Assembly (NCBI GenBank): GCA_949358305.1
Contig: OX442314.1
Span: 16,492,001 to 16,556,000, forward strand
Source: Strigamia acuminata
Lineage: Eukaryota
Reading direction: 5' to 3'
Length of the DNA stretch: 64,000 nucleotides
Below the pieces are notes generated by a model. The model did not search any database and was not told where the DNA came from. It saw only the letters and a list, made by a program, of their open reading frames with translations. Below, piece after piece: positions 52,101-64,000 of the stretch (position 1 is its first letter; every line of letters begins with the position of its first letter). The translations under genes and the position numbers were made by a program.

Positions 52101-55100
52101 ACCGTATGCTTGAATTTTCTGAAGAATTTTTGTTTTATTTTTAAAAATATAACATTTTTGGCACAATAAATCTAATTTTTATAAAAAAAATTAATTAGTA
52201 GCCGGGGCCACTATTCGAGGGCTTTTGTAACCAAACAGGAAACGGTTAATGAAACATTCGTCGATGATGATGGTTATTTAAATAGAAAATTTGTAAAGAA
52301 AGTGAAATTTTAATAGAAAAAATTAAAATTTCATTGAGAAAAATAAAATTTTAATTATATAAGAGAAATTTTAATCAAAAAATGGAAATTTCAATGGAAA
52401 AAGTGAAATTTCAATCAAAAAATGAAAATTTTAATGGGAAAAAAAAATTTAAAAAAAAAAAAGGGAATTTCAATGGAAAAAAATGAAATTTTAATGAAAA
52501 ATTTGAGCTATAAAAAAAAGTTAATAAAGGAACGAAACCATGTCAATTAGCGGCGACACTTCAATTTCCATTATGATCGATAATAAGGCATTTTATCAAA
52601 TGTAATCTCAGTAAATTCATCATTACCTCATAATGAAACATCGTCATTTTAGTTCTATTAGGTCCATGAACTCTATCAAACTTTTTCCAATGTGCACAAA
52701 ATCATTAATAGATTTTCTTTTTTTAAATTATAGTTTGACAATTTGTGTAAATGGGTAAAGTTTTATGTGTCTCATTTAGTATTAGATTACTATTGATTTT
52801 GAGTACGTAAACGTAACAATATCACGCGACCAAATAAAGTAACTTAGAAGACCAACGACCTTTTGACTTTATCCGATACCAGGGGTTAATTGCATTACAA
52901 TTCGTACAAAGAATAGGTTTTTAACAGTCTGACCAGCCCAACTACCTGGAGAATGTTACTTGAATTGTGTATTTACTACTGCAGTGGGTAATTAGATTGT
53001 CAACCTACTTTTTAAGTTGCAGACAAAGTGAAGGAAATGTTACCAATTAAAGTAAATGGATTCAACAAAAAGTTTTCTAAGTGTTGTGTATTGATTTCTA
53101 TTTCTATGTATTTATGCCTTTTTTTCTCCAGATTTTTAAGTGTTTTGTTTTTATGTTCGGGTGGAGTAGTTTTTTGTGTTGGTCTTTTGCTTATACTAAT
53201 GTTGATGTGAGCATGCTATTTCCTTTTGTTTTTGTTATCCCTGTTTCCTGTTATTCTAAATCATAATTGTTTTCTTGAAAGCTTTGACCGCTACTGAAGA
53301 AAATATTTTCACGTCTCTGCCCTTTCCTCGAGGTAGGGTTTACTCTTTTAATCTTTTAGGTCTTTTTGCTATTCAGGACCGTTTCTGGGAGTTTTGGCGC
53401 GGATTATGGACTATATTGGGTAGAATCCCCGCACCACACACTCCTTTTACGCCTTTATACTTTGTTATTGCAACTTAATCTTTGGAGTCTGCACTCCTGA
53501 ACTGCATCAATCTATAGATGAAGTTTTAATGAAATCATTTACGACTCTATGTACCGCATAACCGTGTCGACAGATAGATAATTAGATACGTATATGACTG
53601 ATACTTATTCGTAATTAAATTTAACACAAATTACACAATCACCGTAATAGCAGAGTAGGTCGTTTGAAGTTGAAAAAAGATGTATTAAAAAAGGGATTAA
53701 GGGATTAAACAGTTTGTCATTAGGATTAAAAATAGTTTTATTTTTTATTTTTTATTTTTTCTTTATTTATTTGAATAATAAGTTATTACGATTTGACGTT
53801 TCCGTCTGTATCCGGAGAATTCAGTCAAATCGGAAGAAAAATAAGCCTGTTGGTAATGTTTTAATTCGTAATATACCTGTAACTTTTTAATGTTGCCACT
53901 AAAAAGCTAATATTGCTACTTTGCGAAAGTTATGGGCAATAAGAAGCAATTTTTAAAATGGATTTTTCCAAAAAATATGGATTAAAACATTTAAAGGAGA
54001 GATGTATGCTAATTGCTATCTGTTTTAACTGAGTCAAGTGTGTACTTTAGAAGATGAAATTTTTATATATGGAAAGTTAATTCACGATTTATTAAATATT
54101 TAGAAAAGAGAAAGAAGTGTTTTTTAGATTTATTTTTATAACTAAATTTAAAAGCAAAAAATTAACTCTATAAAGTGCCAGTGTGTCAACATTTAATTAA
54201 GTAAGATTTAAAGGTTAAACTACAGTTTGCTATTCCACCTGCATCCAGCAGCAACGCAACAGCAACATTATCGTGTTACATTATTCATTTCTTAATTTAT
54301 TTAAGCAAAGGAATTTTTGCCAGCGAAAGAAAATCAAACATGGATATCAACAATGTGTTGTCACGTTTGATGTTTTGCGCAAAAATCAATTTAGTAACTT
54401 AGTTTTTATTTTTGTTTTCTTGTTTGTATATTTTATTTATGTGATGATGATTATTATAAATAATAAAACACAAAAGAAAATGACATTCTATTGATTTACT
54501 AGAAAAAATGTCATCTTCCGTATTTACTCTAGTTATAAGTGGAAATCATAATGTATTGCTTGGTTTGGTTGTCAAGAAAACAGTTCATTTCGTAACAAGC
54601 ATTCATATTAATGACGTCAATGCAATAAAATATTTTTTACAAACCCGGTCTAATCAATTAAACGCAAACGCAGAGTTAACCGTGTGTCTGCCAATCATTA
54701 GACTGAAATTAGTGATAAACAAAGTGGAAAAAAATGAATAAAAACATCATGGCGTGATTGTGTTAGTGTAAAGAAACTCATTGCTGGCGACATATTGATT
54801 TTTCCCTACGTTACGCCCTATTGATTACTCTGCGACCAGTATAAACCGACTGAATTACACCAACATTTCCAACAAGCTTAATAATAAAGGGAAGAAAAAC
54901 AACAAGCAATTTGCCGCGCCATAAATATTTTTGGTGAAAAATAGACGCAAAAACACTATGGCATTATGTCGTAACGTGATTACGCCGTTGCGACTAATAG
55001 AATGCTTGTATTGTGCTGTGCGCAACAGCTTACCCATTTCAATTTCAACCTAATTCGGAGTTGACCCGTTTTTTTCCCCTCTAAGTGTAAATAAGTTACA

Positions 55101-56425
55101 AAACACGTTCGTTCAAGCTCGTGTCTGTCTCGTTAAAGGGTGATCAAGAACCATAAGGCTTGAATGTACTCCAGCAATAACGATTACCAGTTTCCAACTT
55201 GTTGCTTTCTAATTTATTAATACTATTTTTCTTCCAAGTTCATCAATCTTCTGTAAAATCAAATTGACGTCGCTAAGTATATATTGGATTTGGGTGATTG
55301 GCTTGTACGCGTCAGAGTAATTAAATAGGTAATTTAATTATTTAAAGTTTAAACCATCAATCATTCAAAGCTACGTTGATAAAATCAATTTAGTGACAAT
55401 TGCAATATCGCATTTCCTGTTGACATTTAGGACCATTAATGAAATGAAATCTTGGGTTTGTTTTTTTGGGTTATTGGGGAAATTATTCATCATTGATTAA
55501 TACTTAACTATGTGAAATGTCAACACAGGCTTAAAAAAAATCAATTTAATGGTGTGTATATTCAAATTAAAGGTCATTTTGGAATCCCAGAATTCTAATT
55601 TATTGTAAAAAGATGTGAAAACTGAATATTGGACATGGAATGGTCGAAATCTGGTTTTAATAACCACAATATACGTTAATATTTAGCACGAAATACTTCC
55701 TGACGAATTAAAGTCTTTTATTTATGAATTTAATATTTGATAAGGATTTACAAAATTTAATGATTAATTAAAACGAGTAAAATAACACTGTAAAGCCGAC
55801 AATCGATTTTATTTAGATTTAGATTTTAATTCTTAGCCGTGGTACAGCTTTTGAAACCGCAGTGCAATTTTCCTAATTAAACTCCAGTAATCACTGTCAT
55901 TGGCTCTCTAAGAGTTCTTTTCCAGACAACAAAGTACTCTGCATTGTTTCATTCGATACAGACGATAAGAACTCATAAAGTTTATTATGCAATGCAATAT
56001 GGGTTATTTAATACCAAAATATGTTGGTTTTTTTATTTTTTTTTTGGGAATAATTCAATATTTTGTATTTAAATTTTTAAATTGTTGTCGAGTCAAATTA
56101 CAAAATATGCAAAAATTTATATTTTCAAAAAATTCGCATTCAAACTGGAACGTATTAACCTTGTTTTACCTGTTTGCTATTCTAGACTCACGGATCAATA
56201 TCGCATAAGTAAAGCACAAGTGATTTCACCCGAATACAATGTAGACTTACCTTGTCTCTTTTTTAGTGCTATCCTATTCTGCAGTAACCTACTTATGTCC
56301 AGTGCATTTGTTGGTACTGCGAAATCGTAGAAGAGTGTCAAGTATATGAAGACTAGGACGACTTGCTGAGCGACCATAGTGTGCAGCAAAGCCCGTTTTC
56401 CGCTGCTGTGAGTCTCCTTGCCCAT
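46167..56425 (-). CDS. Prohormone-4 / IDLSRF-like peptide precursor (signal peptide, peptide, KKR site, LDLa domain, conserved C-terminal domain)
   Basis: Exons 56425-56251, 47150-47010, 46581-46429 and 46360-46167, all phase-1 GT-AG joins. Translation includes ...TNA-LDISRLLQNRIAL-KKR-QEDSSRCEPYEPFRCPSGSDICISIQYLCDGARDCPDGYDEDPRLCTAAKRPPVDETANFLQSLLGNHGPNYLEKLFGSKARDAL...DVKFFLEKLVNTGFME*. Alternative start at Met17. Confidence 0.93.
52284..52503. repeat. A-rich minisatellite, ~20-bp unit (GAAATTTYAATGGAAAAA-like), about 11 copies, in prohormone-4 intron 1
   Basis: 20-bp periodicity is visible. Flanks CCGGGGCCACTATT (52202) and AATTAGCGGCGACAC (~52545) are weakly inverted, suggesting a MITE carrier. 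Confidence 0.7.
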
Positions 56426-57740
56426 CAGACAAAACGATTGAATGTTACCTGTGTTGGATATCTATGTTTCGCCCACGCTGTTTCTAACCAATGGGGGTTC
56501 GCCTACGCAATGTTAGCAACCAATGACAAAGCTGAACATAGGAGGGAACTGTTTAAGTTATTAAATTTCAGGGTGTAAGGGGAAAGGGTTATGTGTTGCA
56601 ATCTCGATCGATTGATAAAACATTAATGTTTGATGACTTTTTGTGTTGAAACTTTTTATTCGGAATTTTTATCGTGTTTGTTCTATAGATATTTGGCTCT
56701 TAATGTTTTTTTAAATACGATTTAAAAAATAAATAAATAACTAAGTAACTAAATAAATAAATAAATAAATAAATAAAATAAATAGTAAACAAAAAAGAGA
56801 CAAGAATTGAATACTGTCAGATATTGTGAGATATTTGTAGACTGGGTGTGTAAAAATGTCAATTTATTTTAAAATTAATTTACTGACGAATGAACGCCTT
56901 CACACGCGCTATCACACATGCAGGACTGGCATCACAGTTACTAAGCTTGAAAAAGCAGTATAAAATAAAAATATGTAAATGTGCCGTAATACCCAAAATG
57001 TTTCTTCATACATTTTGTATTACGTGTATAAAGGTATGGGATGGAAGAAAGAAAAGTGGAATTATTAATATGGTGTCTAGAAGGTCAAATATTACTGTCT
57101 TTAATTTTTTATATGACTAAGATGATGTATGTTTTCAGGATTCACGTCACTTTCGTTTCAAGTACACGTTTTGAGTTTTTTTTTAGTAATTAATTTTTCT
57201 TAAAAGTAATTATATTAAAATGATATTCAAAATAACAAATGAGGACGGGAAAACGACAGAATCGATTAGACAATAGATTGTCTTATCTCAAAGGAGATCT
57301 TTTTTCTATAATCTTCAGTAATGGAAAAATAAGAAAAAAAATCTATAGTGTGAAGTGAATTGAATTGAGTCAAGATAACATCTATTGATAATATTTGTCA
57401 CAGAGATTAAATATTAAACAGTAAAACAATTTGGTAGGCTTTTAATAAGAAAAAAATACGCGACACTTTAATTTTGATTTTATTTTTCACCAAAAAGAAT
57501 AACTTTATTTTTTTATTTTTAAACTTGATAAGCTTTTAATTGACTACCGTCAATGTATCACATTTTAAATGAAAGGATTAAGAAATAATTTCATACATTT
57601 CATACAAATTGTTTGAGTTTTGTTAACATCAAATATTTAGACAATTTTCTGCCGTTTTTAAAACACTAAACTTATTTTTATTTATTTATTTATTTATTAA
57701 GTTTAAATTTAACTTTAAGAGTTTGTAATTCTTAGTTTAA

Positions 57741-57816
57741 CTACTAGATGTCGCTAAACATCAATTCAACTCACTACTATCGATCTTGCACTTAAAACTT
57801 ACCACCAGGTGTCAGC
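57741..57816 (+). promoter_or_regulatory. Tandem pair of CTCF-like motifs upstream of MRTO4
   Basis: CTACTAGATGTCGCT (57741-57755) and CCACCAGGTGTCAGC (57802-57816) are close to the CCASYAGRKGGCRS consensus. DRE-like TATCGAT at 57778 lies between them. Confidence 0.5.
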
Positions 57817-57860
57817 GCATGCTTCGACGAAGCCACGCGGTAATCGAATTTCTAAACTCG

Positions 57861-57866
57861 CACGTG
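57861..57866. promoter_or_regulatory. Canonical E-box (CACGTG) 20 bp upstream of the MRTO4 ATG
   Basis: Seen directly, with a non-canonical CACGCG at ~57834. Typical of Myc-regulated ribosome-biogenesis genes. Confidence 0.55.
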
Positions 57867-57886
57867 TAGACCCATAGACCACTAAA

Positions 57887-58917
57887 ATGCCGAAATCTAA
57901 AAGGGATAAGAAAGGTAAATTATAAATACAAACGTAACTACTATAATTAAAAATCGCGATCTCCTTTGTTTATAGTTTCTTTGACACAAGTCAAGAGAAA
58001 GCCTCTAGAAACGAAACAGCAGTTAGTTCAAGATGTAAGTAACTACCTATGAAAAATGCAAAAATCAATTTACTGAAATATTATCAAAATTGTAGATTCG
58101 ATCGTGTGCGGAGCAGTACGCACGGTTGTTTGTAATTTCAACTGAAAATGTTCGGAATAACAAATTAAAAGATGTTCGGCTAGAATGGAAACACAGTCGG
58201 TTTTTCTTCGGTAAAAACAAAGTGATGGCTTTGGCTTTAGGGAAATCAGATTCAGACGAATGTCAAAACGAAATTCACCAAATTTCTAAACATCTCGTGA
58301 ATCAAAGAGGGTTGTTATTCACTAACAAGACGAGAGATGAGGTTTTGAAGTACGGATAAGCAAATTTTGTAGATAAAAGATTTGTAGCTTATTAAAATTG
58401 AATATTACAGGTGGTTTGCCGAGTTCAAGGAACCAGATTATGCCAGATCAGGAAATAAAGCACTGGAAACCATCGTATTAGATAAAGGACCATTACCAAC
58501 ACTCAGTTTTTCGTTGGAACCACAATTACGGCAATTAGGTCTTCCAACGAGCTTACAAAAGGGTATTGTATAATTTGTAATAATAATTAATACCATGATT
58601 GATAATTAATAACAAAATAATCTTGGTAAATAGGTGTAATCACATTAACTAAAGATTATCAGCTTTGTAAAAAAGACGAGGAATTGACTCCTGAACAAGC
58701 GAGACTTTTGGTAAGTTTTATATTGTAGAAAATTATTTTAAATTAATTTATACCATTTTTTATAATTTCATAGAAACTGTTAAGTAAAAAGATGTCCGAT
58801 TTTAAAGTCAACGTAATTTGTATGTGGTCGAACGATGGTTCTTTCGAATCATTTAAAATTCAGGATGTAGACGAAGAAAATGAAAATAATATGGAACAAT
58901 CTGATGACGATTCGTAA
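57887..58917 (+). CDS. MRTO4: mRNA turnover protein 4 homolog (ribosome assembly factor Mrt4)
   Basis: MPKSKRDKKVSLTQ..., RNNKLKDVRLEWKHSRFFFGKNKVMALALG, DYARSGN, LEPQLRQLGLPT, LTPEQARLLKL and an acidic tail. Six exons. Confidence 0.96.
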
Positions 58918-59225
58918 GAAAATGTTTAAACACGCCGTAAACATCCAACCTTAAAGTTAATTTCATTTTTTTTTTAGTATCTAAAAATATTAAATCAATT
59001 CAGACGTTTAATTTTATATAAAAGAAATAATTGTCAATTTTATTATGATTTATTTTACATAATTAAAATAAACTGCACCACTCTCATATGAATGTAAGAA
59101 ATAATAAGTTATACAATTTACGGAGCAATGTACTGACTAAAATTTTCCAACGAATTTTAATGACCCAATTGCTGTTATAGTAGTAAATTGTTACTAAAAT
59201 GAATGAAATGAAACATTGAAAGTAG

Positions 59226-61518
59226 TTAGATTTTAGGCCGCTTGGAATTGGAAGGATAATTGTCTTCTGATGGGGATCTTTTTCCGGGTTGCCACCGATA
59301 ATGATCAATGTAATCCAGCAGCCGCTCCTTTGTTACCGGAGTTCGGATGCTATTGCAGACACCTGCAAAGACACAAACGCATTATATAACAGTCTAAATA
59401 CGACCCACTTCTTGCCCTTACTCATGGCCGTTTTGTAACTATTTGGAAATGACTTGTCGGTTCTTTCACGCATGAACTTCCATTCATTATTCTCGACTTT
59501 ACATTCGATTATCTTCTTGTCTAAACTTTTCAACTCCTTCGTCAATTTGATTTCGGCAAATGGTGTGTTACAATTCCCGACGTATAATAGACCCTTCATT
59601 TCCGGTAGCATTCCAGTTCTTTCTTCTTTCCTGAGAACTAATTTGAAATCCACAGAGTTCATGCTTGGCGGCTTCCATTTTAAAACTTCCATGTTGGGGC
59701 CTCCAGTATACGGCATGTGCGTAGGTTGATAGACGAGGCCGTCGACTTCGTGGCCTAATTTTTTTGTAAATTTTTCGCTTAACAAATTTCGAGTGAGTGT
59801 GACGTCCCAAAATTCTTTAATTCGAACATTGAACGACTCTGAATTTTTATCTATAACTCCATTTTGTTTGGCGAGTTGTCGAGGTTCCACTAACTCCTTT
59901 TTAATGCACAGCATTCTACGGTCAAAATCTGTTTTTCCGACTTCCTGACTCTAGAAGAAATAGAAGATTAATTTAAAAAAAAAATAATTTTTATCGAATT
60001 CAAATTTCAATTGCTTACCTCAAACTTGATAATATCATAAACCAGATAATTAGCTATCCCTTTATCGTCAACTCGGTCGATGACCATCTCACCGTCGACC
60101 AAAGTTCCAAATATGTGTTCTTCGGGACACTTTCTTCTTGGAAACCGAAGGTTAGAAGCTTGAAAGACACAATTATCACGATCCAGAAAATACACTTCGT
60201 TTTCGCCATCGATTAGCATCATATATCTGAATTTTAAAAATATAAATTTTAAAACAAATAATAAAACCAACTGTAAAACTGTTTACCTCGTTCCATCCGC
60301 CTTCCAACTGACTTTGAACGGTTTCCGTTGCAATAATCCAAGATTATCAATGTCCATCGACACGGGTTGGAGGCCTGGAAACCCTGTGCTTTTCCATTCA
60401 CACATGTCCTGACACTTCCTCTGTATTTGAAGTAGTTTTGGTTGAGTGGTGATTGGCGATATCCCCGCCACACCTTCCATAAACGTTGGATTCTTTTTAT
60501 TAAATTCCTTTCCCCTTCGTCTTCCTTTATCTTCACTTTCAACGTCATTGTTTGAAACCGCGTGGCCATCATCGTCAACCGAGTCGTCAAATTCTAAACA
60601 CACCAAAAATGTCTATCGAATAATCAATTGAATTTGGGGCAAAACATTACCGTTGCACCAATCTGGAAGAGGCGGTAATGATGGAACATCACTCGGATCA
60701 CCGTAACGAGTGAACAATTCGCGTAAATAGTCTTCCTTGTATATCCCTGGTGGCCTAGCTTGAGCAAATTCGCTAACGGCTGCGTCTACACTGTAATCCT
60801 ATCACTATTAGTCATAAATATTTACAAAATAATTCATTATCCGTACCTCCACGACTGGTTTTCTACCAAGTAAGCAACGATCAAGAATCCCGTTCTATTA
60901 AATCCATGGGTACAATGAATTCCTATTAACTCCAAAGGTCGTTTTGATATAAAGCTACTACAAATATTTACAAATTGGCGTGTTTGATCTATACTAGGAC
61001 ATTCGTTATGCCTAAACAGTCATCAAAGGTGTTACAAACTAATTTCATTAATAACAATAATCTTGTTTACCCTCGACATTGTAATTTTAAATACGAAATG
61101 CCTTGAGATTCGATTTCATTTCTATCGTAAAATCGATTTGTGTTTGTTAAATCAATCCACAGACCTAATTTTGCCTAATCATAACGAAAACAAAATATAC
61201 ATTAGCATTAAAAATACACAGAATAGATAGATTGCGTATACAAACCTTATAACTGTGCATTAATGAAACCATCATTGTCGGTCTAAATAAACATGCAGCA
61301 GGGATTTGGTCATCATATTCTGAATTCAAAGGTGTCTTAAACGGTAAAAACTTTTCTAAAAAACAAAAAAAGCAACAAACAAAACCGATTATTAGCAATT
61401 TGTACACAATCTACTCCCATTCTGCATATAATTTACCTCCTACTAAACGTAGGGCTTTCCTTGGACAGTGCAACCACCTCGGTGGAATTTTAGTATTTTT
61501 TCCATCATTTTTAGACAT
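59226..61518 (-). CDS. RNGTT: mRNA-capping enzyme (RNA 5'-triphosphatase + guanylyltransferase)
   Basis: [19 protein letters not shown], triphosphatase [20 protein letters not shown], motif [29 protein letters not shown]. Probable 5'UTR exon ending at 61867 (GTAAGC donor on the minus strand). Confidence 0.96.
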
Positions 61519-62350
61519 TTTAGAGCTCGCATACAATTAATCTATCGGGAAAGAATAACTGATAGAAGAAAACAACTAGCACTGATAATGAAAAACGCAA
61601 AAATATTGATTTCCACACAAGATAAGTTGTGGACAAACGTCAACATTTGAAGGACAGCATCTCGGTAAAGATGATGTTAAACCGACGCAGTTGAGAATCA
61701 GATATGTTTTATTTTCATATTAACTTACTGAAGACTTCTACGATTCTCTCTGTTTATTTCTCTTATCTATCAAACATCAACCATAGCAGTGTGCTGCATA
61801 AAGTAGAAATATTGGTTACTTTGCCATCTACACAGGTACAATTTAGTCAAATAATAATTTGCTTACCGATAGCTAGGCTCGGCTAGCACCAGTAATACAC
61901 CAGACATAAATAAGCGCTGACGATAAGCAATCAATGGTAGCTCTAAAAGCCTGGATAAAAGTTAAGGTAAATGGACAACTATGTGGCTAGTTAGACACGT
62001 TATTAAGTGATTCAGTTAACAATACTACTAATTTATTGGATAAGTTATCTTCAACATTTTATTTATTTTATATTACGCAGGTTTTTCTTTTCTCTCCGTG
62101 TATAACTCTTGCTTATCGATTATCTAAGTCTGAGGATTTAATAACAAGGAGTTTTCAATTCTTACCAACAGAGGTCGTAAGACAGAATTGTGTTTCCGCT
62201 TCCGTTATTCATGTTTTCAAATTTGTGTCCCATGTGCCCTCACTTACCGGTCTTCACGTGGAAGTTATAAGCGTAAATTCTCTATATATTAATTATCGTT
62301 CTGTATTAATGTTATTTTCAATTTGAATATTTGGTTATTGCAGATCTGAA

Positions 62351-64000
62351 ATGGATAGCGAATGTTTCAAGAAACTCGCAAAAATATTACCCGCTTCCTA
62401 CGTCCAGCAAGCAGAAAATGCACACAGGACTCGACAAAAGCAATTTCGGATTCTGTTAGAGCAAGTATGGGAAAATTGAGACATCTCTCGTCATTTGTTA
62501 ATTTAATTAGCGTTTAATTATGTTAGAAAAAGCTTCCCGACTACGGCTGGGACGATGGTGTTATCGAACTATTTATCCACGAATTGGCGTTACTGGACAG
62601 CAATAATTTTGAAGGAAATATTGGTGTTGGAGAAAGAGAAGCTAGAATCTATTCGAATTTAGTTGCAGCTCGTCATTACAGGTATACATTAATTTAGATA
62701 ATCAAAAATTAATTTTGGAGTAAATTATCCTAATAATACCTCAAAACTCACTCAAAACATCCTAAAAACTTCCAAAACACACTCACAGAATCGTAAAAAT
62801 TCAAAAACTTTAAAAACATCTAAAAATAATTACGTAAAGCATCTTAAACATCCTAAATTATTTTTATTTCAGGCTAGGACACGGTATTGGACGATCTGGT
62901 GATTTAGTTGAGTCGCAACCAAAAGCAACAGGATCAAGCACATTAAATGTTCTTACAAATTCACTCGTTCGAGATGCTATTAAAATAGCTGGTAAGAAAT
63001 GACTAATTTTTTTATAACAATATACGGTATACCATTAATTTATTCATTTGTACAGGAATTACAAACACTGAAGCGTGTTTTGTTGCACCTGTTGCTACAG
63101 GAATGGCTCTAACGTTATGCATGTTGTATTTACGATCTCAAAGACCACAAGCAAGATATGTCATTTGGCCGCGAATCGATCAAAAGTCTTGTTTTAAATC
63201 CATTATAACCGCTGGTATTTATTTCAAATACATAAATAATTCAATTAATTGATTAATTAATTCTTTTGTTAGGTTTTACGCCAATTATTATTGAAAATGT
63301 ATTGGATGGTGACGAACTCCGTACAAACATTGTCGAATTATCGAGTAGAATTGAAGAACTTAAAAACGAGAATATTTTATGCGTGTTAACGACAACTAGT
63401 TGTTTTGCACCTCGAGCTCCGGACAAGTATGCTTTAAATCGTCATGCTGTAGAGCGTTTTTATAAAAATTGTAAACTATTTTTTTTTGTATACAGAATAG
63501 AAGAAGTTGCAATTTTATGCAAAACAAACAACATTCCACACATAGTTAATAATGCATACGGCTTGCAGTCGACTAAATGCACTCATTTAATACAACAAGT
63601 ACCATTTATCACATATTTTTCTTTTATTTTCACCGTATTAAAAGAATCGTTGATGTAGGCATCTCGAGTTGGAAGAGTAGATGCGTTCGTTCAAAGTACG
63701 GATAAAAATTTCATGGTTCCTGTAGGTGGCGCAATCGTTGCAGGATTCGATAAAAAGATAATTGCTGACATAAGTAGAATGTATCCAGGTAAGAAGCCGA
63801 GATTTCCCAGAAGACAATTTGGAATTTTTATGTTTGTTTATTATATTTTAGGTCGTGCTTCAGCCTCACCATCTTTAGACTTATTTATCACATTATTATC
63901 ACTCGGCTCCGAAGGGTATCGAAAGGTTCTTGACGAGCGGAAACAGGTTTTCAACTATTTAAGGGACCAATTACGTAAATGTTGCGAAGCGAATGGGGAG
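62351..64000 (+). CDS. SEPSECS: O-phosphoseryl-tRNA(Sec) selenium transferase (partial, runs off window)
   Basis: [88 protein letters not shown] (PLP lysine) and YPGRAS. Confidence 0.97.
62738..62860. repeat. Degenerate ~10-bp C/A-rich tandem repeat (CTCAAAACAT/CCTAAAAACT) in a SEPSECS intron
   Basis: Visible periodicity. The intron (62682-62872) is about three times the typical length. Confidence 0.55.

Overview
AT-rich eukaryotic DNA from a protostome invertebrate, most likely an arthropod (inferred from the prohormone-4 and VPS54 sequences; the species cannot be determined here). Most introns are short (~55-75 bp) GT-AG introns. There are no prokaryotic features. Manual splicing of the ORF fragments gives 11 protein-coding genes: the 3' end of an unidentified gene (+), an orphan 272-aa coiled-coil gene (-), VPS54 (+), goosecoid (+), URB1 (+), a secreted PAN-domain/tandem-repeat protein (-), TXNDC16 (-), prohormone-4/IDLSRF-like neuropeptide precursor (-), MRTO4 (+), the mRNA capping enzyme RNGTT (-), and SEPSECS (+, runs off the window). 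Compact housekeeping genes alternate with two large non-coding domains around gsc and prohormone-4. Several hAT-type MITEs and relics sit in introns. The most notable observations are: (1) a predicted spliced uORF in the SEPSECS leader that ends in UGA one nucleotide before the main AUG, a possible selenocysteine-supply feedback switch; (2) a secreted protein with layered tandem repeats and segregated charge; (3) an orphan gene resembling a coiled-coil + RWD kinetochore protein; (4) a divergent IDLSRF-like peptide; and (5) CTCF-like motifs at housekeeping/regulated-gene borders. All gene models are manual predictions with no expression data or database searches.
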